Source: a virus. From it: a stretch of 64,000 nucleotides of DNA. Positions 26,032 through 34,725 of this stretch are shown one piece after another (the first letter of the stretch is position 1; every line of letters starts with the position of its first letter). The DNA is taken from positions 32,001 to 96,000 of IMG/VR virus record IMGVR_UViG_3300036987_000083. One strand, given 5' to 3'. The position numbers and the translations under genes are program-made. The notes below the pieces were generated by a model. That model searched no databases, was not told the origin of the DNA, and saw only the letters and a program-made list of their open reading frames with translations.

Positions 26032-26313
26032 TCAAATACCCAGCAGCGTGCCGCTGACTTCATCAATGCTGAGGCCGCTTTCGTCCTCCCACTCGCACCA
26101 CACGCCGTCTTCGCACACTTCGAGGCCCCCGGCGTTGCAGAAGTCGGGCTTGATGCGGTTCTCGAATTGGAAGATGTCGTAGCTTGCGAGTACCTTCAAC
26201 AGGAGCGCACCCTCGCGCGGGCTTTTCACTGGAACGTGAAATGCCTTCCCGGGAACCTGGGGGATGTGCCAGACGCGGAGAATCTTCTCTTTCGCCTCGG
26301 TCTTCTTGGGCAT
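26032..26313 (-). CDS. P22 gp17-like superinfection-exclusion escape protein
   Basis: LRVWHIPQVPGK.F...LASYDIFQFENRIKPDFCNAGGL matches the recalled gp17 family. Confidence 0.75.
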   Translation of the reverse strand: MPKKTEAKEKILRVWHIPQVPGKAFHVPVKSPREGALLLKVLASYDIFQFENRIKPDFCNAGGLEVCEDGVWCEWEDESGLSIDEVSGTLLGI

Positions 26314-26442
26314 GGCGTCCATATACCGCACAACGACTGCTATTGTCAAGAACCGCCCAGTGGAATTCCGGGGAGGGAGTTTTCTTACCTGGACGAAAAC
26401 TTGGGCGGCCAAGAGCGTCACCGCTCCGGTCGCCCCTTTACG

Positions 26443-26655
26443 TTACTCTTGTGCTTTTTGGCGAAGTCGATCTTCTTCGAGGTACTTTTCCCAGGCAGCG
26501 GACGCTCGTTCGAGCACCTCGTCAATCTCATCGAAGGAGAGATCCATCGAAGCGCTGAGGTCCGCGTACTGCTCGGAGGTGAGTTGGCACCCTCGAATCT
26601 CCGAGAGGAGGCGCATGAACTGAATGGGGTCATTGTTCCACTTGTCGTTGCTCAC
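26443..26655 (-). CDS. conserved phage hypothetical protein (IQFxRLLxEI...SMDL)
   Basis: recalled motif; GGAG SD. Confidence 0.7.
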   Translation of the reverse strand: MSNDKWNNDPIQFMRLLSEIRGCQLTSEQYADLSASMDLSFDEIDEVLERASAAWEKYLEEDRLRQKAQE

Positions 26656-26685
26656 AGTTCGCTCCTAAGGCGGTAGGTGTGTCCC

Positions 26686-26796
26686 TCAGTTGTCGTCTTC
26701 TTCGTCTTGGGGTTCGGACGCGAATACCGCCATCATCAGGGTGAAGACTAGTACCAGCCCGATGGTGGCACCCATCCACAGGTACGCGGGGTCCAT
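26686..26796 (-). CDS. 36-aa single-pass membrane peptide with acidic tail
   Basis: ATG 2 nt after the upstream stop. Confidence 0.55.
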   Translation of the reverse strand: MDPAYLWMGATIGLVLVFTLMMAVFASEPQDEEDDN

Positions 26797-26798
26797 GA

Positions 26799-27119
26799 CT
26801 ACCCGTTGAGGACTTCCGCCATCTTGGTGGGCTTCCAGTAGATGTCGCGCTCCAGGGGAAGGTGGAAGCGGTTCTTGACCGCCTCCAACTCTTGGAGGCT
26901 GAAGTTGCCCATCTCGTCGCAGTCTGGGCCGAGAGGAGAGACGACGTAGCCGAAGAAGATGACATCCCCCTCCTGCTCCTCTCCCTCGAAGACGTACCAC
27001 GTCCCTCGCCCGCAGGGATCGAAGATTTTGACGACGGCCACCTTCTCGTCGAGAGGCACATTCTCGGCGCTGTAGAGCTTGGGGAGAGCGGCGAGGAGTG
27101 CTTTGGTGAGGAGCTTCAC
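26799..27119 (-). CDS. DUF2958-family protein
   Basis: LPKLY...VVKIFDP.G.GTWY..E...FFGYV...E.G.FSL.EL...ERD. Confidence 0.8.
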   Translation of the reverse strand: MKLLTKALLAALPKLYSAENVPLDEKVAVVKIFDPCGRGTWYVFEGEEQEGDVIFFGYVVSPLGPDCDEMGNFSLQELEAVKNRFHLPLERDIYWKPTKMAEVLNG

Positions 27120-27139
27120 AGAGAAACCTCCGTTCGGGT

Positions 27140-27346
27140 TTACAGCTTCTCGGCTTCCGCGAGATTCAGAATGGCTTGCGCTGCGTCGATGAACTCTTGC
27201 ATGGAGGACTGCACCAGCCCGTCGCAAGACTCCGCATCCACGAGAATGTCCCGCGTGAACTCGGCCAGCAGCCGGTACTCTGACTGGCCTGAAGCCTCGT
27301 AGTAGCCGAGGAGCACGTCGAGCTTCTCGCTGGGCTTAATGGACAC
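27140..27346 (-). CDS. hypothetical protein
   Basis: AAGGAG SD; own promoter. Confidence 0.7.
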   Translation of the reverse strand: MSIKPSEKLDVLLGYYEASGQSEYRLLAEFTRDILVDAESCDGLVQSSMQEFIDAAQAILNLAEAEKL

Positions 27347-27394
27347 GGGTACTCTCCTTGTGTGTGGTGTTATACTACCGGCAGGTTGCCATTG

Positions 27395-27715
27395 TCAAGC
27401 ATCTGAACTGCATTTGTATGGTGTCACCTCGGCGCGCCGCGTGGCGTTGGCCGTCGCCGCGTCGTCCGCGCTGAGGTAGCCAGCGGCTCGCGCCACCTCC
27501 TCGGCGAAGCGGCGCGCCTCTCCGGCCAGCGCGTAGGCCTCCTCGCGCAAACCCGGGCGCCAGCATGCCGTCCTGAGCATCGACGTCAGCACGCACAGGC
27601 GCCGAACGCGCTCGACGGGCGAGGCGGTAGCGGAGTCCCGACGCGCGAGTTCGATGTCCCGCGCGAACTCCGCGAGAGTAGTGGGCGGATTCGTGGTGCC
27701 GGTCATCGTGGTCAT
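27395..27715 (-). CDS. Ala/Arg-rich hypothetical protein
   Basis: AGGAG SD; TGA inside TTGACA. Confidence 0.65.
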   Translation of the reverse strand: MTTMTGTTNPPTTLAEFARDIELARRDSATASPVERVRRLCVLTSMLRTACWRPGLREEAYALAGEARRFAEEVARAAGYLSADDAATANATRRAEVTPYKCSSDA

Positions 27716-27772
27716 GGTGTGGCTCCTGTGTGCTGTGTGTGAAGGTGGCCCGCGATGCGCTTGCGCCTGTTG

Positions 27773-27964
27773 TCAAGGAGCCCAAGCGTCTTCGAGCATC
27801 TTGGCCGCCACTTCGGCTCGGTTGATGGCTGAAGTAGAGCGCAGCAGCTTGATGACTTTCATGACGACTTCCGTCTGGCGCACGCCCTGCTCGTAATTCG
27901 CCTTGAGGATCTTCTGGTTGGCGTTGTAGAGCTTCTCGAACGTTTCTTCTCGGTGGTTACTCAT
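27773..27964 (-). CDS. hypothetical protein, leaderless
   Basis: TTGACA-N18-TATATG-N6-ATG. Confidence 0.7.
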   Translation of the reverse strand: MSNHREETFEKLYNANQKILKANYEQGVRQTEVVMKVIKLLRSTSAINRAEVAAKMLEDAWAP

Positions 27965-28001
27965 GGGGTGCATATACGACAAAAGGACTGTCGGTGTCAA
28001 G

Positions 28002-28274
28002 CTATTCAGGCTGATTGGCCGGTCGTTCGATTTCCCGGTAAATGGTGCCCCGGAAGGACTCCATGAGTTCGACCAACGCAGGAGAGCCGCCGGGTGCCAC
28101 AGGGAGCCCGAGCGCCTGCTGCGCCTGCTTCAGTGCCTTCGGATCCATCACCGCGAGGTAAGCGCGGACGTGGGGCGTCAGCACCAGCACTTTGAGCGCC
28201 GCTGTCAGGGTGTCTACCTCGTCTTGCTGGGCACAGGGGCAACAGATTTGGTGCTGCTTCTGGGTCAGTTTCAT
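28002..28274 (-). CDS. hypothetical protein (ALKVL.L.P..RAYL...DPKAL.QA), leaderless
   Basis: TTGACA-N18-TATATT-N6-ATG. Confidence 0.7.
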   Translation of the reverse strand: MKLTQKQHQICCPCAQQDEVDTLTAALKVLVLTPHVRAYLAVMDPKALKQAQQALGLPVAPGGSPALVELMESFRGTIYREIERPANQPE

Positions 28275-28332
28275 GCGTAGAATATACCACCACCGTCTGC
28301 CAGTGTCAAGTGGGTTGGGGCTATTTGAGCCA

Positions 28333-28348
28333 GCGACCATGTGGTCGG
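28333..28348. repeat. 16-bp palindrome variant
   Basis: GCGACCATGTGGTCGG. Confidence 0.9.
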
Positions 28349-28411
28349 TCCAGGCGCCAGGGGTGGAACGCGGGGAGGGAGTTTTCTCTTTGGTGGTCTT
28401 GGCCTCAAAGC

Positions 28412-28443
28412 AAAAAGCCGGGCCCCTCCTGGAGCCCGGCTTT
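28412..28443 (-). terminator. intrinsic terminator
   Basis: GCCGGGC stem plus U-tract on minus. Confidence 0.8.
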
Positions 28444-28476
28444 CATTTCCACTGGAGGAGAGGATGTGCGCCGTGT

Positions 28477-28713
28477 TTACTTGGGGCAGTCGTCACAGGC
28501 ACCTGCGCTCCATGGATGATCACAGCGACGGCTCCATGTCATAAAGTACCTGATTTCGAGTGTGGGGAGCCCGAATTTCTTGGCAAGGTGTTCGTCTACC
28601 TCTGCGTTTTCGGGGACCAGGTAGCCCCCCATATGGGGCTTTTGATGCTTGCGGACGTAGCGGTCTTTTTCGGCGCGAATCTTAGCGCCGAGGATTTGGC
28701 GTTCAGTAGGCAT
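28477..28713 (-). CDS. hypothetical protein with C-terminal Cys/His motif
   Basis: TAATG overlap. Confidence 0.65.
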   Translation of the reverse strand: MPTERQILGAKIRAEKDRYVRKHQKPHMGGYLVPENAEVDEHLAKKFGLPTLEIRYFMTWSRRCDHPWSAGACDDCPK

Positions 28714-29150
28714 TAGCGCGTCTTCTTGGGGCTCTTGCGCTTGCTGGCCTCGCGCAGCATATCGACCCCGATGTGCTCGGACACGATGTAGATGTTCGAG
28801 TGCTTGGGGATGGCGGTGAAGTAGATGCTGGAGTCGGTGGCAACCATCTGGTTGCACTCGACGTTCTCTCCCTCCCAAGTCTTCGTGCTGCTCGCCTTCA
28901 CCTCGACCGTGAGGTACTTACCCACCGCGTCGGTGTCCCGGCGACCTACCTGCTCGTAGCGGAGGTACACCGCGTTGTCGTCGAAGTAGTAGGTTTCGAT
29001 GACGCGAGGCTCCTTCTCCTTGAGCCGCCGAAGCTCGGCGATGCGACGGAGCGCCCGCCGGGCGACTGCCGGAGTCAGCTCGACGTACACATACGAAATG
29101 TCTGCGTTGTAGTCGTTGTTGGTGCTGCTTCCGAGCATGAGAATGTGCAT
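28713..29150 (-). CDS. hypothetical protein
   Basis: promoter plus CCCGCAG leader. Confidence 0.75.
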   Translation of the reverse strand: MHILMLGSSTNNDYNADISYVYVELTPAVARRALRRIAELRRLKEKEPRVIETYYFDDNAVYLRYEQVGRRDTDAVGKYLTVEVKASSTKTWEGENVECNQMVATDSSIYFTAIPKHSNIYIVSEHIGVDMLREASKRKSPKKTR

Positions 29151-29216
29151 GGGGTGCCTTTCGACTGCGGGTGTTCCTAGTTATACAACGAAAGGTCTGC
29201 CGTTGTCAAGGAATAC

Positions 29217-29600
29217 TCAGCGGAGGTCTACGCGAACACGGAGAACCTTGCCTCGACCGGCGGCTTCGTCGGCTTTGAAGCCGTCCGGGCTGCACATCTC
29301 CACCAGCACGCGCGCGTGGAACACCAGCGAGAAGTTCTGTTGCTCTTCATCCCACCACGCGAAGTAGCTCCCGCCAGGGTCTTCTGTAACCCGCACTGCG
29401 ACGACTGCGAAGTCGTTGTGATCATGATAGCTGAAGATGTGCTCCACGATGCGGGCTGCCGGGTAAAAGTACCTGAAGCCTTCGGCTATTTCTGCTGCAA
29501 AGAGGTCGGAGGTGCGCTTGACGTGACTCGGGGCTTTCCCGTGTTGGGGGCGACGCCCCCAGTACCCATCCTCCCAGTTGTCGTCGTTGCTACGGCTCAT
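29217..29600 (-). CDS. hypothetical protein, leaderless
   Basis: TTGACA-N18-TATAAA-N6-ATG. Confidence 0.7.
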   Translation of the reverse strand: MSRSNDDNWEDGYWGRRPQHGKAPSHVKRTSDLFAAEIAEGFRYFYPAARIVEHIFSYHDHNDFAVVAVRVTEDPGGSYFAWWDEEQQNFSLVFHARVLVEMCSPDGFKADEAAGRGKVLRVRVDLR

Positions 29601-29619
29601 GCCCGGTTTATACCACGAG

Positions 29620-29751
29620 CTACCTGCTGTTGTCAACCCCACCGTACAGGGTGCGGTAACGAGCCAGCGTGTTGGCGCAGATGTAATTGATTGCGCCGGA
29701 GGGTGACGTGTAGGGGACGAGCTTGGCTCCGCATTCGCAGGTGGAATTCAT
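29620..29751 (-). CDS. 43-aa Cys-containing peptide, leaderless (not in ORF track)
   Basis: TTGACA..TATAAG-N6-ATG; MNSTCECG...YICANT...VDNSR. Confidence 0.6.
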   Translation of the reverse strand: MNSTCECGAKLVPYTSPSGAINYICANTLARYRTLYGGVDNSR

Positions 29752-29962
29752 GTCCGCCTTATATTTCAGTGGCGTGCCGTTGTCAAGGAGTGGAGTATGG
29801 CGATGTGGGAGTTTTCCATGTCAGGCCTGGGGGAGGCGGACAGTAAGAAGCCCCCCGGCGCTGAAGGGCGTCGGGAGGCTTATTGAATTTCGGGGGAGCG
29901 AGTTGTTACGGTGGCGATGAACCGTTCCGCTATTTTATTCCCTCGTTCCTTGTATCCACGGC

Positions 29963-30367
29963 TTAGTCTTCGTCCTCGTTGTCCTCCTCGTCCTCGTTGT
30001 CCTCCTCGTCGGAGGTCAGCTTGGCCAGTGCGGCGGCCTTCTTCGCGGCGAGGTCGGCCTGCACCTTGGTGGCGATGGCCGGGTTGTTGTGGAGGAAGAG
30101 ATCCCACGCTGTCCGAGTGCCTGCGATGGTCTTCCCACCCAGCTTGTGGCGTGGAAGCCCGTCCCCCAGCATCACCTGGGAGGCGCAGCCTACGAGGGCC
30201 GCGTAGATGGCGTTGGACTTCTCGAAGTAGGCCGCTGGGTTCTCAGCCCGGAGCTGGTCCGTACACTCGGCCTGCGCGAACATCTTGAGCAACAGCGACT
30301 GCACATCGGGGTTGATGAGCTTTGCGATTTCCAGCGCCTTGTTCACCTTGTTTGGATTGTCGGTCAT
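29963..30367 (-). CDS. hypothetical protein with acidic tail
   Basis: AAGGAG SD; own promoter. Confidence 0.75.
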   Translation of the reverse strand: MTDNPNKVNKALEIAKLINPDVQSLLLKMFAQAECTDQLRAENPAAYFEKSNAIYAALVGCASQVMLGDGLPRHKLGGKTIAGTRTAWDLFLHNNPAIATKVQADLAAKKAAALAKLTSDEEDNEDEEDNEDED

Positions 30368-30494
30368 CGGGGCGTCTCCTTGTTCGGCGGGTGGACTGCC
30401 CACCGCTTATACACCATTGCGCTTCAGATTGTCAAGGGGTTCAAATGGAACTTAGTTCTTGACAGCGGCAGGCATTTGGCTGTATAAGTGACCC

Positions 30495-30725
30495 ATGACT
30501 ACCAAGACTCCGAAGACCAAGGGCCACTGCAACGTGCGTACCTGCCGGGCGGTCCTTCCGTGTTGGGAGCACTGTCAGGACTCCTTCGATGGCCTGCACG
30601 AGCCCGACATGGCCTCCGCTTTTGTGGGGGATGGTGCGGACGTGGGGGTGGTGGACTTCAATTGTAGGCACTGCGGGCAGTCGGGCTCTCTCAAGGTGCG
30701 GCCGGAAGACGTGGTGTTCTCGTGA
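30495..30725 (+). CDS. small Zn-binding protein (C..C, CEHC, CRHC), leaderless
   Basis: TTGACA-N18-TATAAG-N6-ATG on +. Confidence 0.75.
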   Translation: MTTKTPKTKGHCNVRTCRAVLPCWEHCQDSFDGLHEPDMASAFVGDGADVGVVDFNCRHCGQSGSLKVRPEDVVFS

Positions 30726-30940
30726 GTGCCGAGAGTGGGCTGGACGCGGCGGTGGCTAAGCTGAAGGTGGAGCTACGGGAGATGGAGCAGCAGCTTGCTA
30801 CTGCCCGAGCTGGGCAGTTAGAGGCGTTACGGGCCGTTAGTGCCCTCTATAACCTTCGCTACGACTTGAAGAAGCCTGTGGAGCATGAGCCCACGCGAGA
30901 GGCGCTTCGGCTCGCGGAACTCGCGTTGTACGGTAAGTAA
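30722..30940 (+). CDS. coiled-coil hypothetical protein
   Basis: GTGA overlap. Confidence 0.65.
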   Translation: MSAESGLDAAVAKLKVELREMEQQLATARAGQLEALRAVSALYNLRYDLKKPVEHEPTREALRLAELALYGK

Positions 30941-30968
30941 GCCCTTGTCTTGTGTCGTAGGAGGAAAC

Positions 30969-31580
30969 GTGAAGACGAAGACCTGCCCCCACATGGCGCC
31001 GCGTGATGTCGTTGGTGACGAGCAAGACTGGTGTGTTCCCTGCCTTCGTGCAGAGGTGACACAACTGCGCGAGGCGCTTGTGGATGTGGAGAGGATTGCG
31101 TCGGTGTGGCGCAACGAGCGCGATGGGGCTCGTGCAGCATTTAGCGCCGTCAGTGACGCGGTGATTTACGCTGCCGGGGATGCCTTCGCGGTTGAGGTTG
31201 ATGGAGGTATGGACGCTGCCGCCGAGAATCTCGTTCGCTGTATCTCGCGGCTCGTGAAGGAGCGCGACGAGGCGCAGCGAGAGGTCCACCTCCTCCAGTC
31301 GGAGGCGGGCAACGCGCGGGCCGAGCGCGACGAGGCGCGAGCGGCGGTCACTCACTTGGAGAAAATCATCGACCTATTGGAGCGTAAGGTTGACGGTCCG
31401 GCAGGACTTCGGGCTCGCGCCGAGAAGGCCGAGGCGACGCTGCGCGACATCGCCGAGAGGCAGCGTGAGGAAGATGCGCTGGCGGCCGAGCGCAGCGCGG
31501 CGGTAGCCGGGCAGCCGCGAGCTGCGTGGGGCCGTGTCATTCGCGCCACGCCCCTCGTGACGGACGGAGGTGAGTCGTGA
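30969..31580 (+). CDS. coiled-coil protein with LRDIAERQRE module
   Basis: GGAGG SD; shared motif. Confidence 0.7.
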   Translation: MKTKTCPHMAPRDVVGDEQDWCVPCLRAEVTQLREALVDVERIASVWRNERDGARAAFSAVSDAVIYAAGDAFAVEVDGGMDAAAENLVRCISRLVKERDEAQREVHLLQSEAGNARAERDEARAAVTHLEKIIDLLERKVDGPAGLRARAEKAEATLRDIAERQREEDALAAERSAAVAGQPRAAWGRVIRATPLVTDGGES

Positions 31581-31852
31581 GTGTCTACAACCCCGGGGAG
31601 GGCATCCCCGAGCGGGAGATGTCCGAGATCCGAGCCGAACGCGACCGCCTCGCGGCGCGGGTGAAGGCGCTGGAGGAGGCGCTCCGCGACATCGCCGAGA
31701 GGCAGCGCGAGGCTTGCGCGCAAGCCATCCGACCTAAGCCAGGGGAGTCCCGGGCTGAGGTTTTGACGCGAATCGCTTTCAGTCAAGGTGTCGTCCGGGC
31801 CACAGCCCTCGTGACGGACTCGACCGAAAGGGAGGTAATGGACGAGGAGTGA
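31577..31852 (+). CDS. coiled-coil protein, ARVKALEEAL/LRDIAERQRE module
   Basis: GTGA overlap. Confidence 0.7.
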   Translation: MSVYNPGEGIPEREMSEIRAERDRLAARVKALEEALRDIAERQREACAQAIRPKPGESRAEVLTRIAFSQGVVRATALVTDSTEREVMDEE

Positions 31853-31876
31853 CTGGCAACTGTGAGTCCGGAGGGC

Positions 31877-31892
31877 GCGACCACGTGGTCGC
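31877..31892. repeat. perfect 16-bp palindrome
   Basis: GCGACCACGTGGTCGC at a convergent junction. Confidence 0.95.
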
Positions 31893-32002
31893 TGCTCTTT
31901 TTCTGTTGGCCAGGCTTGCAGGTGGAACTTGTGGGAGTTTTCCATTAGACGCCCAAAAAAAACCTGGGCCGAAGCCCAGGGTTTCCTACGGCAGCCTGGT
32001 CG

Positions 32003-32251
32003 TTACCAGCCGATGATTTCGTCCGGCTCGACGCCCCTCTCGTGAATGAGGTACGCGAGCACGGCGCTTCTCACCTCATTGGACGCGGCCTCCTCGCTCT
32101 CGAACTCCACGACGGGCCTGCCGCAGAGACTCGACTTCAGCTTTCTTGCGGTCAAATCCTGAATCCAGTGGAGCCACGCGGAGTCCTCGCGGCGAAAGCG
32201 AATCGCGTAGGTGGTGCTTCCGTAACGAACGACTTCAGGGTTTTCACGCAC
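32003..32251 (-). CDS. hypothetical protein
   Basis: AAGGAG SD. Confidence 0.6.
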   Translation of the reverse strand: MRENPEVVRYGSTTYAIRFRREDSAWLHWIQDLTARKLKSSLCGRPVVEFESEEAASNEVRSAVLAYLIHERGVEPDEIIGW

Positions 32252-32263
32252 GATGGCCGCTCC

Positions 32264-32611
32264 TTACTTCTTCAGGAACTTCGTGGAGCCCTTGGGGAGC
32301 GCGGGCGACTTGAACTTCTCGGCGTGATCACGCAGGGCGTTGTCGAGAGCTTCCATGAGCTGCTCGCGCATGAACTCTTTGGGCGCGCCCATGGAAATCA
32401 GAGGCTGAATGGCGATGGTCATCAACGCGCGGAGCGTCCGGCGAGCGTGCGCCACGTTATTCATGGGGTCGTAACCCAGCAGGGCTGACAGCTTGGAGGC
32501 CACCACCGGGCCAATGGAGTGCTGAATGCCGGTACGGGTGAGGGCGTTGTTGGTGCCCGTGTCCTGCCCCAAGTTGGCCTTGAACTTGTCGAACTTCGCG
32601 AGTGCGCTCAT
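32264..32611 (-). CDS. hypothetical protein, paralogue of 39248..39565
   Basis: LTRTGI...ARR..RA..TI motif; leader and promoter. Confidence 0.75.
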   Translation of the reverse strand: MSALAKFDKFKANLGQDTGTNNALTRTGIQHSIGPVVASKLSALLGYDPMNNVAHARRTLRALMTIAIQPLISMGAPKEFMREQLMEALDNALRDHAEKFKSPALPKGSTKFLKK

Positions 32612-32773
32612 TGTGTTTCCTTTCGACAGCGGGGTAGCACCCTTATACCGCGAAAGGTCTGCCGTTGTCAAGGGCTTCTTTGTCGGCCGGGGAACCTCCA
32701 GCCCAGGTCGAGGCGTCCGGAAAACTCCCTATGGTGGGCGCGCTCTCCAGTCATCCTGGGGCTGCGTTTTCGT

Positions 32774-32983
32774 CTACAGGAGCCCGCGCCGCATCGCTTC
32801 GGCGGTCAATTCATCCACCGTAAATCGGTGCCTCACTAAGCTGCCATAGCGGTCGGCTCCCTCGCCGAGTCCCGGGCCTGGCGGCTCGGATAGGGACAGC
32901 GCCACCAGCGCCCGAGCCGCTTGGCGCTCAGTGTACCCAGCCGCCAGCATCGCGTCCCACAGTACGGCCTCGGTGGGCGTCAC
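32774..32983 (-). CDS. hypothetical protein
   Basis: GTGA overlap. Confidence 0.6.
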   Translation of the reverse strand: MTPTEAVLWDAMLAAGYTERQAARALVALSLSEPPGPGLGEGADRYGSLVRHRFTVDELTAEAMRRGLL

Positions 32984-33207
32984 AGCGTCACCTCTCTCCC
33001 TTCAAGCGCCGCATCACGAAGGACGGCGCATCTGGGGCATGTGGGGATGGTGGCGTGGAGGAGGTCGGCCGGTACAGTACCCCAACTGCCCAGCGCCGGA
33101 AGGTACTGGTTGTCACATGCAGCGACGTCGGACGGGAGTGACCTCCACTGAGCCCCCCTAAGAGCCGCCAAGCCCCGCACCGTCGCGTGCGTCAGTGGAA
33201 TGCTCAT
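32980..33207 (-). CDS. LTHAT-RACD-CPxC family protein 5
   Basis: paralogue motif. Confidence 0.8.
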   Translation of the reverse strand: MSIPLTHATVRGLAALRGAQWRSLPSDVAACDNQYLPALGSWGTVPADLLHATIPTCPRCAVLRDAALEGREVTL

Positions 33208-33434
33208 GTCGTCATCCCCCGTCCCTCAAGCGCCGCGTCTCGCATTACAGCGCATTTGGGGCATGTAGGGATGGTGCTGGGGATACTCGACGCTGTTACG
33301 GTGTTTATAACGTCCTTCTTGCCGTCGCAGGCGCGAACCCACATCGGCAGGCGTTCATTGGCCACGACAAGGCCTTGCCCTCTCCTGATGTAGTCCAACC
33401 CCTGCACCGTCGCGTGCGTCAGTGGAATGTTCAT
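33204..33434 (-). CDS. LTHAT-RACD-CPxC family protein 6
   Basis: paralogue motif; ATGA overlap. Confidence 0.8.
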   Translation of the reverse strand: MNIPLTHATVQGLDYIRRGQGLVVANERLPMWVRACDGKKDVINTVTASSIPSTIPTCPKCAVMRDAALEGRGMTT

Positions 33435-33685
33435 CGTGCCACCTCCTGCACTTCGAGCGCCTCGTCTCGCATTACGGCGCACTTGGGGCAGGTGGGAACG
33501 GTGTCCGTGATTCGACACGCCATGACGAACGAGCCGAGTTGCGAGGAGCTGAGTGCTCTCACCCCATCGCAGGCGCGTACCCACTCGATGTCGGTCTGCA
33601 CGCCGCGCAGCCTTGCCAACCCCTTCAGCGACATGTGCGTCAAGCGGTGGTGGGAAGGAGCAACTGCGCTGTCCGGGGCGCTCAT
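33431..33685 (-). CDS. LTHAT-RACD-CPxC family protein 7, leaderless
   Basis: TTGACA-N18-TATAAG-N6-ATG. Confidence 0.8.
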   Translation of the reverse strand: MSAPDSAVAPSHHRLTHMSLKGLARLRGVQTDIEWVRACDGVRALSSSQLGSFVMACRITDTVPTCPKCAVMRDEALEVQEVAR

Positions 33686-33856
33686 GAGGAGCTTATAGCA
33701 CTGTAAGCATGCTCCTGTCAAGCCTTAGATGCTAGTGAACGACAGAGCGGCCCAGGGCCCAAAATGGAATGCGCCGGACGTGACAAATGAAAATGGCCGG
33801 GAGCCCCGCAGCTCCCAGCCATTTCCACTCCACTCGAACTGAACATCGCCCCGCAG

Positions 33857-34207
33857 CTAGTTCAGCGAATGGATAAACCCGTCATCACCTACGAAAAGAG
33901 TAACCTCGTCGAAGTTGTCGCAGATGTCTGTCAGTGCTTCACCCCTGTCTCCCCAGTCACCGTCGAAAAATCCAGCGCCATGGCCATTCCTCGTGAGCCA
34001 AAAGTCGTGTCCGGCTTGCTCTGCCTCCGATTCGCCAATGAGTGCCGCCGCCTCTGCGAGGAACTTCTCGCAGTCCACCATCATTTGCTTCTTCAGCTCC
34101 CTTGTGAGGCTGCTGGGTCCATGAGTTGTGTCGAGGGGAATGTCGTTGTCTTGATGGGTCGAGGACCACAGAGCGCACTTGATGTATGCCGCAAGAAACG
34201 TCTCCAT
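33857..34207 (-). CDS. conserved mobile-element hypothetical protein (AGHDFWLTRNGHGAGF)
   Basis: recalled motif; AAGGAG SD. Confidence 0.8.
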   Translation of the reverse strand: METFLAAYIKCALWSSTHQDNDIPLDTTHGPSSLTRELKKQMMVDCEKFLAEAAALIGESEAEQAGHDFWLTRNGHGAGFFDGDWGDRGEALTDICDNFDEVTLFVGDDGFIHSLN

Positions 34208-34276
34208 GGTGTAGCTCCTTTCTCTCTGTTGATGGTCTAGTTATACGACAGATGACCTGCGACTGTCAAGTAGCAC

Positions 34277-34567
34277 CTAGTAGAGGTTCTCGGAGTAAAG
34301 CGTGCCACCGTTGACGGTATCTCCACCACAGCGCCGGAAAATTTGACCGGCGGCTTCGGCTATCTTCCATGCTTCAGTGCGCGTGTGGAAATTGCCGAAT
34401 TGGTCGATGAAGCCTGCGTCCCACGACCAATCTTCTTCGCTGGTTCTCCCTACTGCGGCGATTAGGTTCCGCATGGTCATGTCCATGTGTCTAGGGCCAG
34501 GAATGATTAGACCACTACGTCCACGGTTGGCAGCGCAGACGATTCTGGGCGAGGCTCTGTTGCTCAT
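34277..34567 (-). CDS. conserved phage hypothetical protein (IVCAAN...GFIDQFG.F..R.EA...LYSENLY)
   Basis: recalled motif; leaderless. Confidence 0.8.
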   Translation of the reverse strand: MSNRASPRIVCAANRGRSGLIIPGPRHMDMTMRNLIAAVGRTSEEDWSWDAGFIDQFGNFHTRTEAWKIAEAAGQIFRRCGGDTVNGGTLYSENLY

Positions 34568-34614
34568 GGCCGGACTTTACCACTGGTGACTGTCTTGGTC
34601 AAGAGACGGGTGGG

Positions 34615-34630
34615 GCGACCACATGGTCGC
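34615..34630. repeat. 16-bp palindrome
   Basis: GCGACCACATGGTCGC. Confidence 0.95.
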
Positions 34631-34725
34631 TTGCGTCGAAGTGGAGGATGCAGTGGGAGTTTTCCTGCCAGGACAAAAAAACCAGGGCGCGTCAGGCCCC
34701 GCAACCTGACGCGCCCCCTCTGTGC

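Noticed and set aside
27771-27777. Functional promoters at 27771, 21213 and 53408
   Set aside because: TTGACA is present but there is no TA-type -10 at 17-18 bp; treated as relics.
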